From an uncultured Aliarcobacter sp. (GTDB lineage Bacteria > Campylobacterota > Campylobacteria > Campylobacterales > Arcobacteraceae), in NCBI GenBank assembly GCA_963664305.2, contig CAXXLV010000002.1:960001-1024000 (forward strand): DNA of 64,000 nt, in the 5' to 3' direction. How positions within the stretch are numbered: the first letter of the stretch is position 1; the number at the start of each line of letters is the position of its first letter. Shown here in pieces: positions 1 through 10,185 of this stretch. A program made the translations under genes and the position numbers. The notes under the pieces were generated by a model. That model saw only the letters and a list, made by a program, of their open reading frames with translations, was not told the DNA's origin and made no database searches.

Positions 1-454
1 ATAAATATTCTAAATTTATAAATGAAAAATCTTGATTATTTGAAGATATTACAGAAAAGTTTTCAAATCTTGCTAATGCTGATTTTAAGATATTAGTCTT
101 TTCTATATCACTTTTATTATCAACTACTATCAAATCTGTAGTTATAGTTGGATTTATATTTTGATATTTATCTTTTAGAGGAATAAACTCTTTTAAAATT
201 GATATTCCAAAGTTATCATTTATAACAACCCTATTTGGAAAGAATCCAATCTTTCTTAGATTATCTCTTTTTAAAAAAGTTTCTAATATATAATCATATT
301 CACTTTCGTTTACATTTCTTATATTTGTTTCAAGTAGAATTTTTAAAGAGTTTGGTAACTTTCTTAAAATAGGATATTTTTCAAAAACTCTTTTTAAATC
401 ATAGTAATGATAGCTTTTTTCATTAAATACAAAACTGTTTACAAACTTATTCAA
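1..454 (-). CDS. Aconitase A-like protein, N-terminal part (runs off the window); active-site motifs degenerate
   Basis: Not in the ORF track; translated by hand. AAGGA RBS, TTG start at 454, MNKFVNSF..YHYYDL..LPNSLKILLETNIRN..FFPNRVVINDNFG..INPTITTDLIVVD..RFENFSVI..INLEYL follows the AcnA/IRP N-terminal motif order. Confidence 0.75.
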   Translation of the reverse strand, partial: MNKFVNSFVFNEKSYHYYDLKRVFEKYPILRKLPNSLKILLETNIRNVNESEYDYILETFLKRDNLRKIGFFPNRVVINDNFGISILKEFIPLKDKYQNINPTITTDLIVVDNKSDIEKTNILKSALARFENFSVISSNNQDFSFINLEYL

Positions 455-600
455 AACTATTCCTTTTTAAAATTTCAAAATAAAAAAATATCTAAATTAT
501 CTTTAATAATTTAATAAAGTATCATGAAAAGTATAAATATTAAAAAAATAACGATATAATAACAAAAAAATATTTTTTACAATTTTTACAAAAGAGTTTA

Positions 601-2853
601 TTGATGGCATCTTCTCAGAAAAACATATGGAGTTTATTTTATATAATAATTTTTTTAATAATCTCAAGTTCTATATTTTTAATATTAAATTTATACTCAA
701 ACACTAAAAAAGATTTTATCATAGAAGAAGAAAATCTTACAAAAATTAAAGCAAATTCTTTAAGTGCTATTTTTTCTCAATATGAAACTATACTAAATAT
801 AATAGAAAATCAGTTAATACTTGAAAAAAATTATCAATCTATTAATCTCTCTGAAAAAGTATTAGATTCTGTTCTTAAAAATGATAATAATATTTTAGGC
901 TTTGCTTTATTTAAACCAAATGGCGATTTATATCTAACAAACAATAAAAATAATGAAAATTTTCCTAATCTACTTAAAAAAGAAGAGACAAGAAAATCCT
1001 TTGAATATACAATGCAAAAAGATAGTATTGTTTTAGGAAGAACTTACTATTCAGATATTAGAAAAAAACTTATATTACCAATTAGAAAAACTATACGAGA
1101 TGAAAATAGAAATGTTTTATTTGTACTTTCTATAATTATTGATGTTAATAAAATTCAATATTTTTCAAAAGTTGACAAATATAAACATCATGTTTTTAGA
1201 GGATTTGACTACTTTTATCAAATTTATAATGATAATACAAATATAGAGATAAATCCTTATGAAAAACCTATTCCTGAAAAACAATTACTAGAAATTAAAA
1301 AATTCGTTGAGCTAAAATATAATAAACCCATTAGTGAGTTAAAAGAGAGTGGAGAAGTTTTTACTTTTGAAAATAAAACTTTTAATTCATCAGATGAATA
1401 TTTAACATCAGTAAAATATTTAAAAGATTACGAATTATGGATAGTAACTAAATTTCCAATAAATGAAATTCATCAAATCTTTTTAAAAAAGGTAACTTAT
1501 CTATGTTTACTTCTATTAGCTATTTTTGTTATATTGTATTATCTATTCAAAATTATTATTAATAGTGAAGATAAAAAACAAAAAGCTTTAGAATTTCAAG
1601 CATATCATGACTATTTAACTAACTTATATAATCGTTTATTTATTATTGAAAAATTTAAAATTGAAAAAGAAAAACCTTTCTCACTATTTTTTATAAATAT
1701 TGATGACTTTAAAAGTATAAATAATAGTTATGGACATGATTATGGTGATGATATTTTAAAAGAAATGAGTTTACGTTTAATAAAAATTAAACAAAGTAAT
1801 GATTATCTTATTAGATATAGTGGAGATGAATTTATCTTTATCGTTTATGAAACTAATTTAGAAAAAACAAAATTATTCGCTTCAAAAATTTTAGAAACAT
1901 TACATCAACCTTACAATATAAATTCTATTACATTTACATTAAGTTGTAGTATTGGAATATCAAGATATCCTAATAATGCTAATAACTTTAATGATATAAA
2001 ACGTTATGCAAATATTGCAATGCATGAATCTAAAAAAGAAAAAAACAAATATACTATTTTTGAAGATTCTGTAAAAAATGAATATATCAAAAAACTACTA
2101 ATGGAAGAGGAATTAAAAAGCTCTTTAAAAAACAATGAAATATATATGATGTATCAACCACAAATTGATATAAATGGTAATTTATACGGAGTTGAAGCAT
2201 TAGTAAGATGGGAAAATAAAAAATTAGGATTTATTCCACCTGACAAATTTATAGAAATTGCAGAACTTACAGGTTTTATGAAAAAATTGGGAGATTTTAT
2301 TATAAAAACTTCCCTAAAAGAAATCACTGAAATTCAACAAATTTGTAATACTAAATTTCAATTATCAATAAATATATCTGTAAAACAATTTATTGAAAAA
2401 GACTTTTATAACAAAATGATGAATATGATTGAAAAAAGTGGTTTTAATATAAAAAATTTAACACTTGAAATTACTGAAAATGTTTGTATTGAAGATGTAG
2501 ATTATATAATCAATCTTTTAGAAAAATTTAAAAAGAACTCTATAAAAATATCTTTAGATGATTTTGGAACAGGTTACTCATCTTTAAGTTTATTAAAAAA
2601 ACTTCCTATTGATGAATTAAAAATTGATAAATCATTTGTTGATGATATTTTACATAATTCAAGTTCAAAAAAAATGATTGAAAATATTATATCAATAGGT
2701 AAAAATCTAGATTTGATTATTCTTGCAGAAGGAATTGAAGAATTAGAACAAAAAAATCTATTAGAATCATATGGTACAACTTTATTTCAAGGATATTATT
2801 ATTCAAAACCTCTAAAAAAAGATGATTTATTAGAATTTATCAATAAAAAATGA
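601..2853 (+). CDS. Membrane-anchored Cache-like sensor GGDEF-EAL diguanylate cyclase/phosphodiesterase
   Basis: Two TM segments around a periplasmic domain; DYLTNLYNR, SGDEF, GVEALVRW and DDFGTGYSSL motifs. Confidence 0.92.
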   Translation: MMASSQKNIWSLFYIIIFLIISSSIFLILNLYSNTKKDFIIEEENLTKIKANSLSAIFSQYETILNIIENQLILEKNYQSINLSEKVLDSVLKNDNNILGFALFKPNGDLYLTNNKNNENFPNLLKKEETRKSFEYTMQKDSIVLGRTYYSDIRKKLILPIRKTIRDENRNVLFVLSIIIDVNKIQYFSKVDKYKHHVFRGFDYFYQIYNDNTNIEINPYEKPIPEKQLLEIKKFVELKYNKPISELKESGEVFTFENKTFNSSDEYLTSVKYLKDYELWIVTKFPINEIHQIFLKKVTYLCLLLLAIFVILYYLFKIIINSEDKKQKALEFQAYHDYLTNLYNRLFIIEKFKIEKEKPFSLFFINIDDFKSINNSYGHDYGDDILKEMSLRLIKIKQSNDYLIRYSGDEFIFIVYETNLEKTKLFASKILETLHQPYNINSITFTLSCSIGISRYPNNANNFNDIKRYANIAMHESKKEKNKYTIFEDSVKNEYIKKLLMEEELKSSLKNNEIYMMYQPQIDINGNLYGVEALVRWENKKLGFIPPDKFIEIAELTGFMKKLGDFIIKTSLKEITEIQQICNTKFQLSINISVKQFIEKDFYNKMMNMIEKSGFNIKNLTLEITENVCIEDVDYIINLLEKFKKNSIKISLDDFGTGYSSLSLLKKLPIDELKIDKSFVDDILHNSSSKKMIENIISIGKNLDLIILAEGIEELEQKNLLESYGTTLFQGYYYSKPLKKDDLLEFINKK

Positions 2854-2943
2854 TTTTAATAAATCCTTCTTTAAATACTGACTTAATGTATAATTATCAA
2901 ATCTTATCTTATAATAGTTGCTTTAAATTTTAAAGGCAAATTT

Positions 2944-5760
2944 ATGACAGATACTATAAAAATATTTAATGCTAAAGAAAACAATCTAAAAAATATCAAT
3001 TTAGAAATCCCTAAAAATAAGTTAATTGTATTTACTGGTTTATCAGGAAGTGGTAAATCAACATTAGCTTTTGATACACTATATGCAGAAGGTCAAAGAA
3101 GATATATTGAATCTCTTTCTTCATATGCTAGACAATTCTTGGATAAAGTTGGAAAGCCTGATGTTGAAAGAATTGAAGGTTTAACTCCTGCAATTGCAAT
3201 TGACCAAAAAACAACTTCAAAAAACCCTCGTTCAACTGTTGGAACAATAACTGAAGTATATGATTACTTTAGACTTTTATATGCAAGAATAGGAAAACAA
3301 CATTGTCATCAATGTGGTCAACCTATTTCTCAAATGAGTGCAAGTGATGTTATAAATCAAGTTTTATCTCTACCAAACGAATCAAAAATTGTAATTCTTG
3401 CTCCTTTAATAAACAGAAAAAAAGGAACATTTGCAGATTTACTTGAAAGCCTTAAAAATAAAGGTTATGTTAGAGCTATGATTGATGGAGTTATGGTTAG
3501 ACTTGATGAAGATATAGAATTAGCTAAAACTCAAATGCATACTATCAAAGTTGTAATAGATAGACTTACAGTAAAAGAAGAAAACAAAGAAAGAATTGCA
3601 CAAGATGTTGAAAAAGGTCTAAAAGAGAGTTTTGGAGAACTTGAAATTGAAATCATGAACCATGAAGAAGTAGGAACTGAAAAATTCATACATTATTCTG
3701 AACATATGGCTTGTTTTGATTGTAAAATCTCTTTTGAACCTCTTGAACCTCTATCTTTTTCATTTAACTCTCCAAAAGGTGCTTGTTCATCTTGTGATGG
3801 ATTAGGAATAAGATATGCTTTAGATATGAAAAAAGTAATTGATGAAGATTTAGATATTGAAAATGGAGCTATAAAAATCATCTATGGTTTTAATAAAGGC
3901 TTTTACTTTAAAATGCTTATTGCTTTTTGCGAACAAAATGATATAAATATTAAAATACCATTTAGAGATTTAGAAGAACATCACAAAAAAGCAATACTAC
4001 ATGGAACAGTTGATGAAGTAACTTTTTTCTGGAAAAAACATAAATTAACTAGAAAATGGGATGGTATAGTTAAACTTGCATACGACATGATTAAAGATGA
4101 AAAAGAGATGAGCGAATACATGACTGAAAAGAAATGTGACTCATGTAATGGAAATAGACTAAAACCTTCTTCTCAAAGTGTATTTGTAGCAAATAGAACA
4201 ATACCTGATATTTTAAATATTCCAATAGAAGATGCTCATACATTTTTCCAAGATGACAAAAACTTTGAATACTTAAGTGAACAAAACAGAATGATTGCAA
4301 CTCCTATTTTAAAAGAGATAAGAGAAAGAATCTACTTCTTATTTGATGTTGGATTAGGATATATAACTTTAGGAAGAGATGCACGAACTATAAGTGGTGG
4401 AGAAGCTCAAAGAATCAGGGTTGCTTCACAAATTGGTTCAGGTTTAACTGGAGTTATGTATGTTCTTGACGAACCATCTATTGGTTTACATGAAAGAGAT
4501 ACAAATAAACTAATCAAAACTTTAAGAGCCTTACAAGAAAAAGGAAATACTGTAATAGTTGTTGAACATGATAAAGAGACTATTCAAGCAGCTGATTATA
4601 TAGTTGATATTGGACCAAATGCAGGTAAATTTGGTGGAGAAATAGTTTTTGCTGGTACATTAAAAGAGATGAACAAAGCAAAAACTCTAACTGCTCAATA
4701 TGTAACTGGAGCAAAAAAGATAGATTATGTTCATAATCGTCCTCAAGAAGAGTTTATTGAAATTAAAAATGTAACTATAAACAACATAAAAGATCTTGAT
4801 GTTCAAATTCCACTTAAAAATCTTGTTTCAATTACAGGTGTTAGTGGTAGTGGTAAATCTTCACTTATTTTACAAACACTACTTCCTGTTGCAAAAGAAC
4901 TTTTAAATAGAGCAAAAAAAGTAAAAAAAGTTGATGGAGTTGAGATTGAAGGACTTGAAAAACTTGATAAAGTTATCTATCTTGACCAAAGTCCAATAGG
5001 AAGAACTCCTAGATCAAATCCAGCAACTTATACTGGGCTTATGGATGATATTAGAGATTTATTTGCAAAAACTAAAGAAGCAATGCTTAGAGGTTATAAA
5101 ATAGGAAGATTTTCTTTCAATGTAAAAGGTGGAAGATGTGAAAAATGTCAAGGGGAAGGTGAAATAAAAATTGAAATGCACTTCTTACCTGATATTATGG
5201 TGAAATGTGATGCTTGTCATGGTCACAGATATAATGCTCAAACTTTAGAAATTATGTATAAAGGGAAAAACATCTCTGATGTTTTAAATATGAGTGTTGA
5301 TGAAGCTTTAGAGTTTTTTGCAAAAGTTCCAAAATTAAAAGCAAAACTTCAAACATTAAGTGATGTTGGACTTGGATATATAACTTTAGGACAAAATGCT
5401 ATTACACTATCTGGTGGTGAAGCACAAAGGATAAAACTAAGTAAAGAATTAAGTAAAAAAGATACTGGAAATACTCTATATGTTTTAGATGAGCCAACAA
5501 CTGGTTTACACTTTGCTGATGTTGATAGATTAACAAAAGTTTTACATCACCTAGTAGAACTTGGAAACTCTGTACTTGTAATTGAACATAACCTTGATGT
5601 TATTAAAAACTCTGATTGGGTTATTGATATTGGACCAGAAGGTGGAAGTAAAGGTGGAAAAGTTGTAGATGAGGGAACTCCTGAATTTTTAGCCCAAAAC
5701 CATAAAAATTCTGGTTCTTATACTGGATATTATTTGGATAAAGAGATAAATGGAAAATGA
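2944..5760 (+). CDS. uvrA: Excinuclease ABC subunit A
   Basis: Two ABC ATPase modules (GLSGSGKS, GVSGSGKS, SGGEAQR), zinc-finger CxxC pairs, typical UvrA sequence throughout. Confidence 0.99.
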   Translation: MTDTIKIFNAKENNLKNINLEIPKNKLIVFTGLSGSGKSTLAFDTLYAEGQRRYIESLSSYARQFLDKVGKPDVERIEGLTPAIAIDQKTTSKNPRSTVGTITEVYDYFRLLYARIGKQHCHQCGQPISQMSASDVINQVLSLPNESKIVILAPLINRKKGTFADLLESLKNKGYVRAMIDGVMVRLDEDIELAKTQMHTIKVVIDRLTVKEENKERIAQDVEKGLKESFGELEIEIMNHEEVGTEKFIHYSEHMACFDCKISFEPLEPLSFSFNSPKGACSSCDGLGIRYALDMKKVIDEDLDIENGAIKIIYGFNKGFYFKMLIAFCEQNDINIKIPFRDLEEHHKKAILHGTVDEVTFFWKKHKLTRKWDGIVKLAYDMIKDEKEMSEYMTEKKCDSCNGNRLKPSSQSVFVANRTIPDILNIPIEDAHTFFQDDKNFEYLSEQNRMIATPILKEIRERIYFLFDVGLGYITLGRDARTISGGEAQRIRVASQIGSGLTGVMYVLDEPSIGLHERDTNKLIKTLRALQEKGNTVIVVEHDKETIQAADYIVDIGPNAGKFGGEIVFAGTLKEMNKAKTLTAQYVTGAKKIDYVHNRPQEEFIEIKNVTINNIKDLDVQIPLKNLVSITGVSGSGKSSLILQTLLPVAKELLNRAKKVKKVDGVEIEGLEKLDKVIYLDQSPIGRTPRSNPATYTGLMDDIRDLFAKTKEAMLRGYKIGRFSFNVKGGRCEKCQGEGEIKIEMHFLPDIMVKCDACHGHRYNAQTLEIMYKGKNISDVLNMSVDEALEFFAKVPKLKAKLQTLSDVGLGYITLGQNAITLSGGEAQRIKLSKELSKKDTGNTLYVLDEPTTGLHFADVDRLTKVLHHLVELGNSVLVIEHNLDVIKNSDWVIDIGPEGGSKGGKVVDEGTPEFLAQNHKNSGSYTGYYLDKEINGK

Positions 5761-6101
5761 AAATAGATTATAATATTTTCAATCAAAAAACTGCTATTGA
5801 TAGATTTATCTTTGCAATAGAAAATGGATATTTCGTTGAAGCGCATGAACTTCTTGAAGATGATTGGAATTTTTATAAAAAACAAGGTGAAATAAATAAA
5901 TCACTTGTGTTAAAAGGTTTGATAAATGGAGCAACTGCACTTGCTCTTTTTCATATTAAAAAAAGACCTGAGAGTTATAAAAAAGTTTGGCCAGTATTTG
6001 GGAAATATCTTCCACTTTTAGATAGTGTAGATTTTGAGGAAAAAGAAAAATATTACAAAGCAAAAGAAATACTAATTAAATTAAATGAAAGAATCAAGTA
6101 G
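5757..6101 (+). CDS. DUF309-family protein
   Basis: YFVEAHELLEDDW...LKGLINGA motif; start overlaps the uvrA stop. Confidence 0.75.
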   Translation: MKIDYNIFNQKTAIDRFIFAIENGYFVEAHELLEDDWNFYKKQGEINKSLVLKGLINGATALALFHIKKRPESYKKVWPVFGKYLPLLDSVDFEEKEKYYKAKEILIKLNERIK

Positions 6102-6121
6102 ATTTCACTACTTAATTCTTT

Positions 6122-6490
6122 TTAAGAAGCAGTTGCTGCATCCTCACTTAAACTTAACATATAAGCTTTCATTTTCATCATCTCTTCTGTTGGGTATTGA
6201 TTTTCAACATTACCTCTTTCTACTTTTACATAAAAATCTTTAGATGAATCATTGTAACCAAAATTCATATTTGATAAAACTACTTCATATTTATTTGAAG
6301 AAGTCTGTTCATTTTTAGCAGCTTTAACATCAGAAGCTTCTTTGGCTTTTGATATAGCTTGTTGTTGTACTTGTTCCAAACTCTCTTTTGTTTTAACTTC
6401 AGAAGAATTTGAAGAAGCTTGAACTTTTTGCATTTCTAAAGCTTTATTATCGCTATATTGGTCTATTTTAGGTATCAATCCATATTCCAT
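6122..6490 (-). CDS. FlaG-like flagellar-associated protein
   Basis: Low-complexity N-terminus, then NFGYND..FYVKV..NQYPTEEMMK resembling the FlaG C-terminal domain; AAGGAG RBS. Confidence 0.55.
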   Translation of the reverse strand: MEYGLIPKIDQYSDNKALEMQKVQASSNSSEVKTKESLEQVQQQAISKAKEASDVKAAKNEQTSSNKYEVVLSNMNFGYNDSSKDFYVKVERGNVENQYPTEEMMKMKAYMLSLSEDAATAS

Positions 6491-6627
6491 AATAAGCTCC
6501 TTTCAGAAAAATCTTTTTATACGTTAATTATACAACAAATTCTTATTTTTTTTCAAAAAATTTATTTATTAAGTTTATTTTGATATTATTAGTTACAAAT
6601 TATATCAATTAAAAAAAGGAGTCCTGC

Positions 6628-6687
6628 TTGGAAGATAATTCCCCGAGGCAAAGTTTAGTTAAAAGTGAGAAAAAATGGAAATTTTAA
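6628..6687 (+). CDS. Putative leader peptide (19 aa, MEDNSPRQSLVKSEKKWKF) overlapping the CNNM start out of frame
   Basis: AAGGAG at 6616-6621, TTG 6 nt later; a parallel leader precedes the second CNNM gene. Confidence 0.5.
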   Translation: MEDNSPRQSLVKSEKKWKF

Positions 6688-7730
6688 TCTTACTATTTGT
6701 TGCTGTTATTGGTACATCATTTTTATGTTCTATATTAGAATCTATTCTTTTATCTACAAATGTTTCTTACATCTCTGTTTTAGAAAAAAACAATCCTTTT
6801 GCTGGAAAACTGTTAAAAAAACTAAAAACTGACATTGATAAATCTATTGCATCAATTCTTATTTTAAATACTATTGCTAATACATTAGGTGCAACTCTTA
6901 TTGGAGTTCAAGCTCAAAATGTATTTGAAGAAGATGGTACATTAGTTATGGTTGTTTCAATTGTATTAACATTTATGATTCTATTTTTTGCAGAAATTAT
7001 TCCAAAAACAATTGGAGCAGTTTATTGGAAACAATTAGCTCCTTATGCACCAAGAATTATAAACTTTTTTATTTTTATAACTTATCCAATAATCATTGTA
7101 ACTCAATTTGTTACAAAAAAAATTGGTAAAGAAACAAGTGAAGCTAGTTCAAGAGAAGAGTTAATTCACTCTACACTTTTAAGTGAAGAAGAAGGTATTA
7201 TTGGAGATATGGAATCTCAAATTATTGAAAATACTCTGAAACTAAATAGTATAAAACTAAAAGATATACTTACTCCTCGTTCTGTTGTTTTTGCAATTGA
7301 AAAAAATACATTAATAAAAGACATAGTTGAAGACAAAAGAACTTTTAAATTTTCAAGAGTTCCAGTTTATGAAGGAACTATTGATAACATAGTTGGAATT
7401 GTTTTAACTAAAAAAATATTCAAACAAGCAATAACTGAGGGTGAAAAAAATCTTGAAGATATAATGAAACCTGTTTTTTCATTACATGCAAATATTCATG
7501 TTGCAAAAGCTTTAAATATGTTCATTCAAAAAAAAGAACATATGTTTATAGTTCATGATTCATATAATCAAACAGAAGGTATTGTTACATTAGAAGATTG
7601 TCTTGAAACTCTACTTGGTTTAGAAATTATGGATGAATTAGATACAACTGCTGACATGAGAAAACTTGCACTTAACAAAATGAAAGCAAAAAGAAAAGAG
7701 AAAGAAAAAAATTTAGAAAATATTAAATAA
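6675..7730 (+). CDS. CNNM (DUF21)-CBS domain Mg2+/Co2+ transporter, CorB/HlyC family
   Basis: SFLCSILES, ILILNTIAN, AEIIPKT, FSRVPV and GIVTLEDCLE motifs. Confidence 0.93.
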   Translation: MEILILLFVAVIGTSFLCSILESILLSTNVSYISVLEKNNPFAGKLLKKLKTDIDKSIASILILNTIANTLGATLIGVQAQNVFEEDGTLVMVVSIVLTFMILFFAEIIPKTIGAVYWKQLAPYAPRIINFFIFITYPIIIVTQFVTKKIGKETSEASSREELIHSTLLSEEEGIIGDMESQIIENTLKLNSIKLKDILTPRSVVFAIEKNTLIKDIVEDKRTFKFSRVPVYEGTIDNIVGIVLTKKIFKQAITEGEKNLEDIMKPVFSLHANIHVAKALNMFIQKKEHMFIVHDSYNQTEGIVTLEDCLETLLGLEIMDELDTTADMRKLALNKMKAKRKEKEKNLENIK

Positions 7731-7750
7731 AAATTTTTGATAATTTTTTC

Positions 7751-7785
7751 AAAGTGAGTGTCAAATTGGCATTCACTTTTTTTTT
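7751..7785 (+). terminator. Rho-independent terminator
   Basis: AAAGTGAGTGTCAA-AT-TGGCATTCACTTT stem followed by a T-run. Confidence 0.75.
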
Positions 7786-7821
7786 GATATAATTAATAAA
7801 CTTAAATTTCAAAGGTCTTTT

Positions 7822-10185
7822 ATGAATAGCACTATTGATTATGAAAAATTAAAACTTTTTTATATAGGAAAAGAAAAAGTTGAAGATAGTTTTGTTCCAC
7901 TTGTTTATAAAAATAAAGATTTACTAACACATGCTGCAATTATTGGTATGACAGGAAGTGGAAAAACAGGACTTGGAATCTCTCTTTTAGAAGAAGCTGC
8001 TATTGATAATATTCCTTCAATTATTATTGACCCAAAAGGTGATATGACAAATCTACTTCTTACTTTTCCAAATCTAAATGGAAGTGATTTTGAACCTTGG
8101 ATTGAAGAACAAGATGCTACAAATAATGGATTATCTATTCAAGAAATGGCTAATAAAACAGCAACTTTATGGAAAACTGGACTTGAAAATGATTTCCAAA
8201 ACTCATCTAGAATTGAAAAGTTAAAAAATTCTGCTGACTTTACTATTTATACTCCAGGAAGTGATGCAGGTGTTCAAATATCAATTTTATCATCATTTAA
8301 AGCTCCTTCAAAAGAAGTTTTAGAAGATAATGATTTATTAATTTCACTTGTAAATTCAACTGTTTCATCTATTTTATCTTTAATTGCAGAACAAAATGAT
8401 TCATCTTCAAAAGAATCAATATTAATCTCTTCAATCTTTATGAACTATTTTACTTTAGGAAAAGATTTAACTTTAGAAGAACTAATCACTTTGATAGTTA
8501 CTCCACCATTTGCAAAAATTGGAATTTTTGATTTAGAGACATTTTTTGCTCAAAGTGAGAGATTAAAACTTGCATTAAAATTAAACACAATTATTGCAAA
8601 TCCATCTTTTAAAACTTGGATAGAGGGCGAAACTTTAGATATTTCAAACCTACTTTATGATGAAAATGGAAAAGCTAAAGTTTCTATTTTTTCAATTGCG
8701 CATCTAAACGATAGCCAAAGAATGTTTTTTGTAAGCCTTCTTTTAAATCAAATGGTTTCTTGGATGAGAAGACAAGAGGGAACTACTTCACTTAAAGCCC
8801 TACTTTATATGGATGAAATTTTTGGATATTTCCCACCAAATGGAAATCCACCATCAAAACAGCCAATGTTAACTCTTCTAAAACAAGCTAGAAGTTTTGG
8901 TATTGGAATTATTTTATCTACTCAAAATCCTGTTGATATTGATTATAAAGGTTTAGCAAATATTGGAACTTGGTTTATAGGACGACTTCAAACAAAACAA
9001 GATAAAGAAAAAGTAATTGATGGATTAAGTAGTGCAAATGAAGGAAATTTAGATAAAGATGAGATAATGAATCTTATATCTAGCCTTGAAAAAAGAAATT
9101 TTATTCTTAAAAATATAAATGAAGATGGAATAAAAATCTTTCAAACTAGATGGGCTTTATCTTATCTAAAAGGTCCTATTCCAAAAGATGGAATAAAAAA
9201 ACTAATGAGTGATAAAAGAATTAATTCATCTTCTAAAAAAGAAGAAAAAAATGAAGATACAATTACTCAAATAAATATAGAAAAAGGGATTGCTAAACCT
9301 ATAATCACATCAAATCTAAATGAAAAATATCTTTATGGTTCTCAAAACAGTGCTTATTATTTAGAACCTTATTTAGTTTGTTTTTGTGATATTCATTACA
9401 TAAATAGTACTAAAAATATAGATTTAGAAACAACAGAAATTTGTAAAATATATTTAGATGAAGAGATGAAAAATATAAACTTTGATGAGAAAGAAGAAGT
9501 AGAAAACTCTAATTTTGAAACAAAAGAGAGACCAAATTCACACTATTATGAATTACCTACTTTTATTCAAAGTGAAAAAGAGTTAAAAGCTATTGAGAAA
9601 GATTTTGTTGATTATATATATAGAAATTCTAAACTTACACTTTATAAAAATGATGAGTTAAAACTTACTTCAAAACAAAATGAAAGTTTAGGTGATTTTA
9701 AAATTAGATTACAAGATAGATTAAATGAAAAAATTGATTTAGAAGTTGAAAAACTTCAAACAAAATTTCAAAAAGAGAATGATTTAATAGAAAATAAATT
9801 ATCAAAACTTTATGAGAAACTTGAACGAGAAGAACAACAAGCAACATCAACAACTACTGATACATTAATTTCAATAGGAACTTCAATCTTAGGTGCTTTT
9901 TTTGGAAAAAGTTCAACAGCAACAACTCTTGGAAAAGTTGCAACTGGTGCAAGAGGAGCTACAAAAATCTTAAAAGAAAAAAATGATGTTAAATATGTGC
10001 AAAATGAAATAAATCAATTGGAAGAACAAAGAAACAGTTTAAAAACAATGCTTGAAAATGAAATTGAAAAAATCAACTCTACTAATTTAAGTTCAAATTT
10101 TCCAATCGAAGAGTTATTTATAAAACCAAAAAGAAGTGATATTTACAATGTTAAATTAGAACTTTTATGGCAGGAACAATTATGA
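7822..10185 (+). CDS. HerA/FtsK-superfamily P-loop ATPase (DUF87/DUF853-like) with C-terminal coiled coil
   Basis: THAAIIGMTGSGKT Walker A, IIDPKGD, YMDE Walker B, ARSFG..STQ motifs. Confidence 0.8.
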   Translation: MNSTIDYEKLKLFYIGKEKVEDSFVPLVYKNKDLLTHAAIIGMTGSGKTGLGISLLEEAAIDNIPSIIIDPKGDMTNLLLTFPNLNGSDFEPWIEEQDATNNGLSIQEMANKTATLWKTGLENDFQNSSRIEKLKNSADFTIYTPGSDAGVQISILSSFKAPSKEVLEDNDLLISLVNSTVSSILSLIAEQNDSSSKESILISSIFMNYFTLGKDLTLEELITLIVTPPFAKIGIFDLETFFAQSERLKLALKLNTIIANPSFKTWIEGETLDISNLLYDENGKAKVSIFSIAHLNDSQRMFFVSLLLNQMVSWMRRQEGTTSLKALLYMDEIFGYFPPNGNPPSKQPMLTLLKQARSFGIGIILSTQNPVDIDYKGLANIGTWFIGRLQTKQDKEKVIDGLSSANEGNLDKDEIMNLISSLEKRNFILKNINEDGIKIFQTRWALSYLKGPIPKDGIKKLMSDKRINSSSKKEEKNEDTITQINIEKGIAKPIITSNLNEKYLYGSQNSAYYLEPYLVCFCDIHYINSTKNIDLETTEICKIYLDEEMKNINFDEKEEVENSNFETKERPNSHYYELPTFIQSEKELKAIEKDFVDYIYRNSKLTLYKNDELKLTSKQNESLGDFKIRLQDRLNEKIDLEVEKLQTKFQKENDLIENKLSKLYEKLEREEQQATSTTTDTLISIGTSILGAFFGKSSTATTLGKVATGARGATKILKEKNDVKYVQNEINQLEEQRNSLKTMLENEIEKINSTNLSSNFPIEELFIKPKRSDIYNVKLELLWQEQL

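Noticed and set aside
3693..4300. Short antisense ORFs inside uvrA, and similar shadow ORFs inside other long genes (e.g. 23733..23996, 40072..40368, 42385..42783, 47971..48303, 53315..53821, 60760..60954)
   Set aside because: Fully nested within clearly recognisable genes, mostly antisense, with no recognisable motifs; expected by-products of codon bias.
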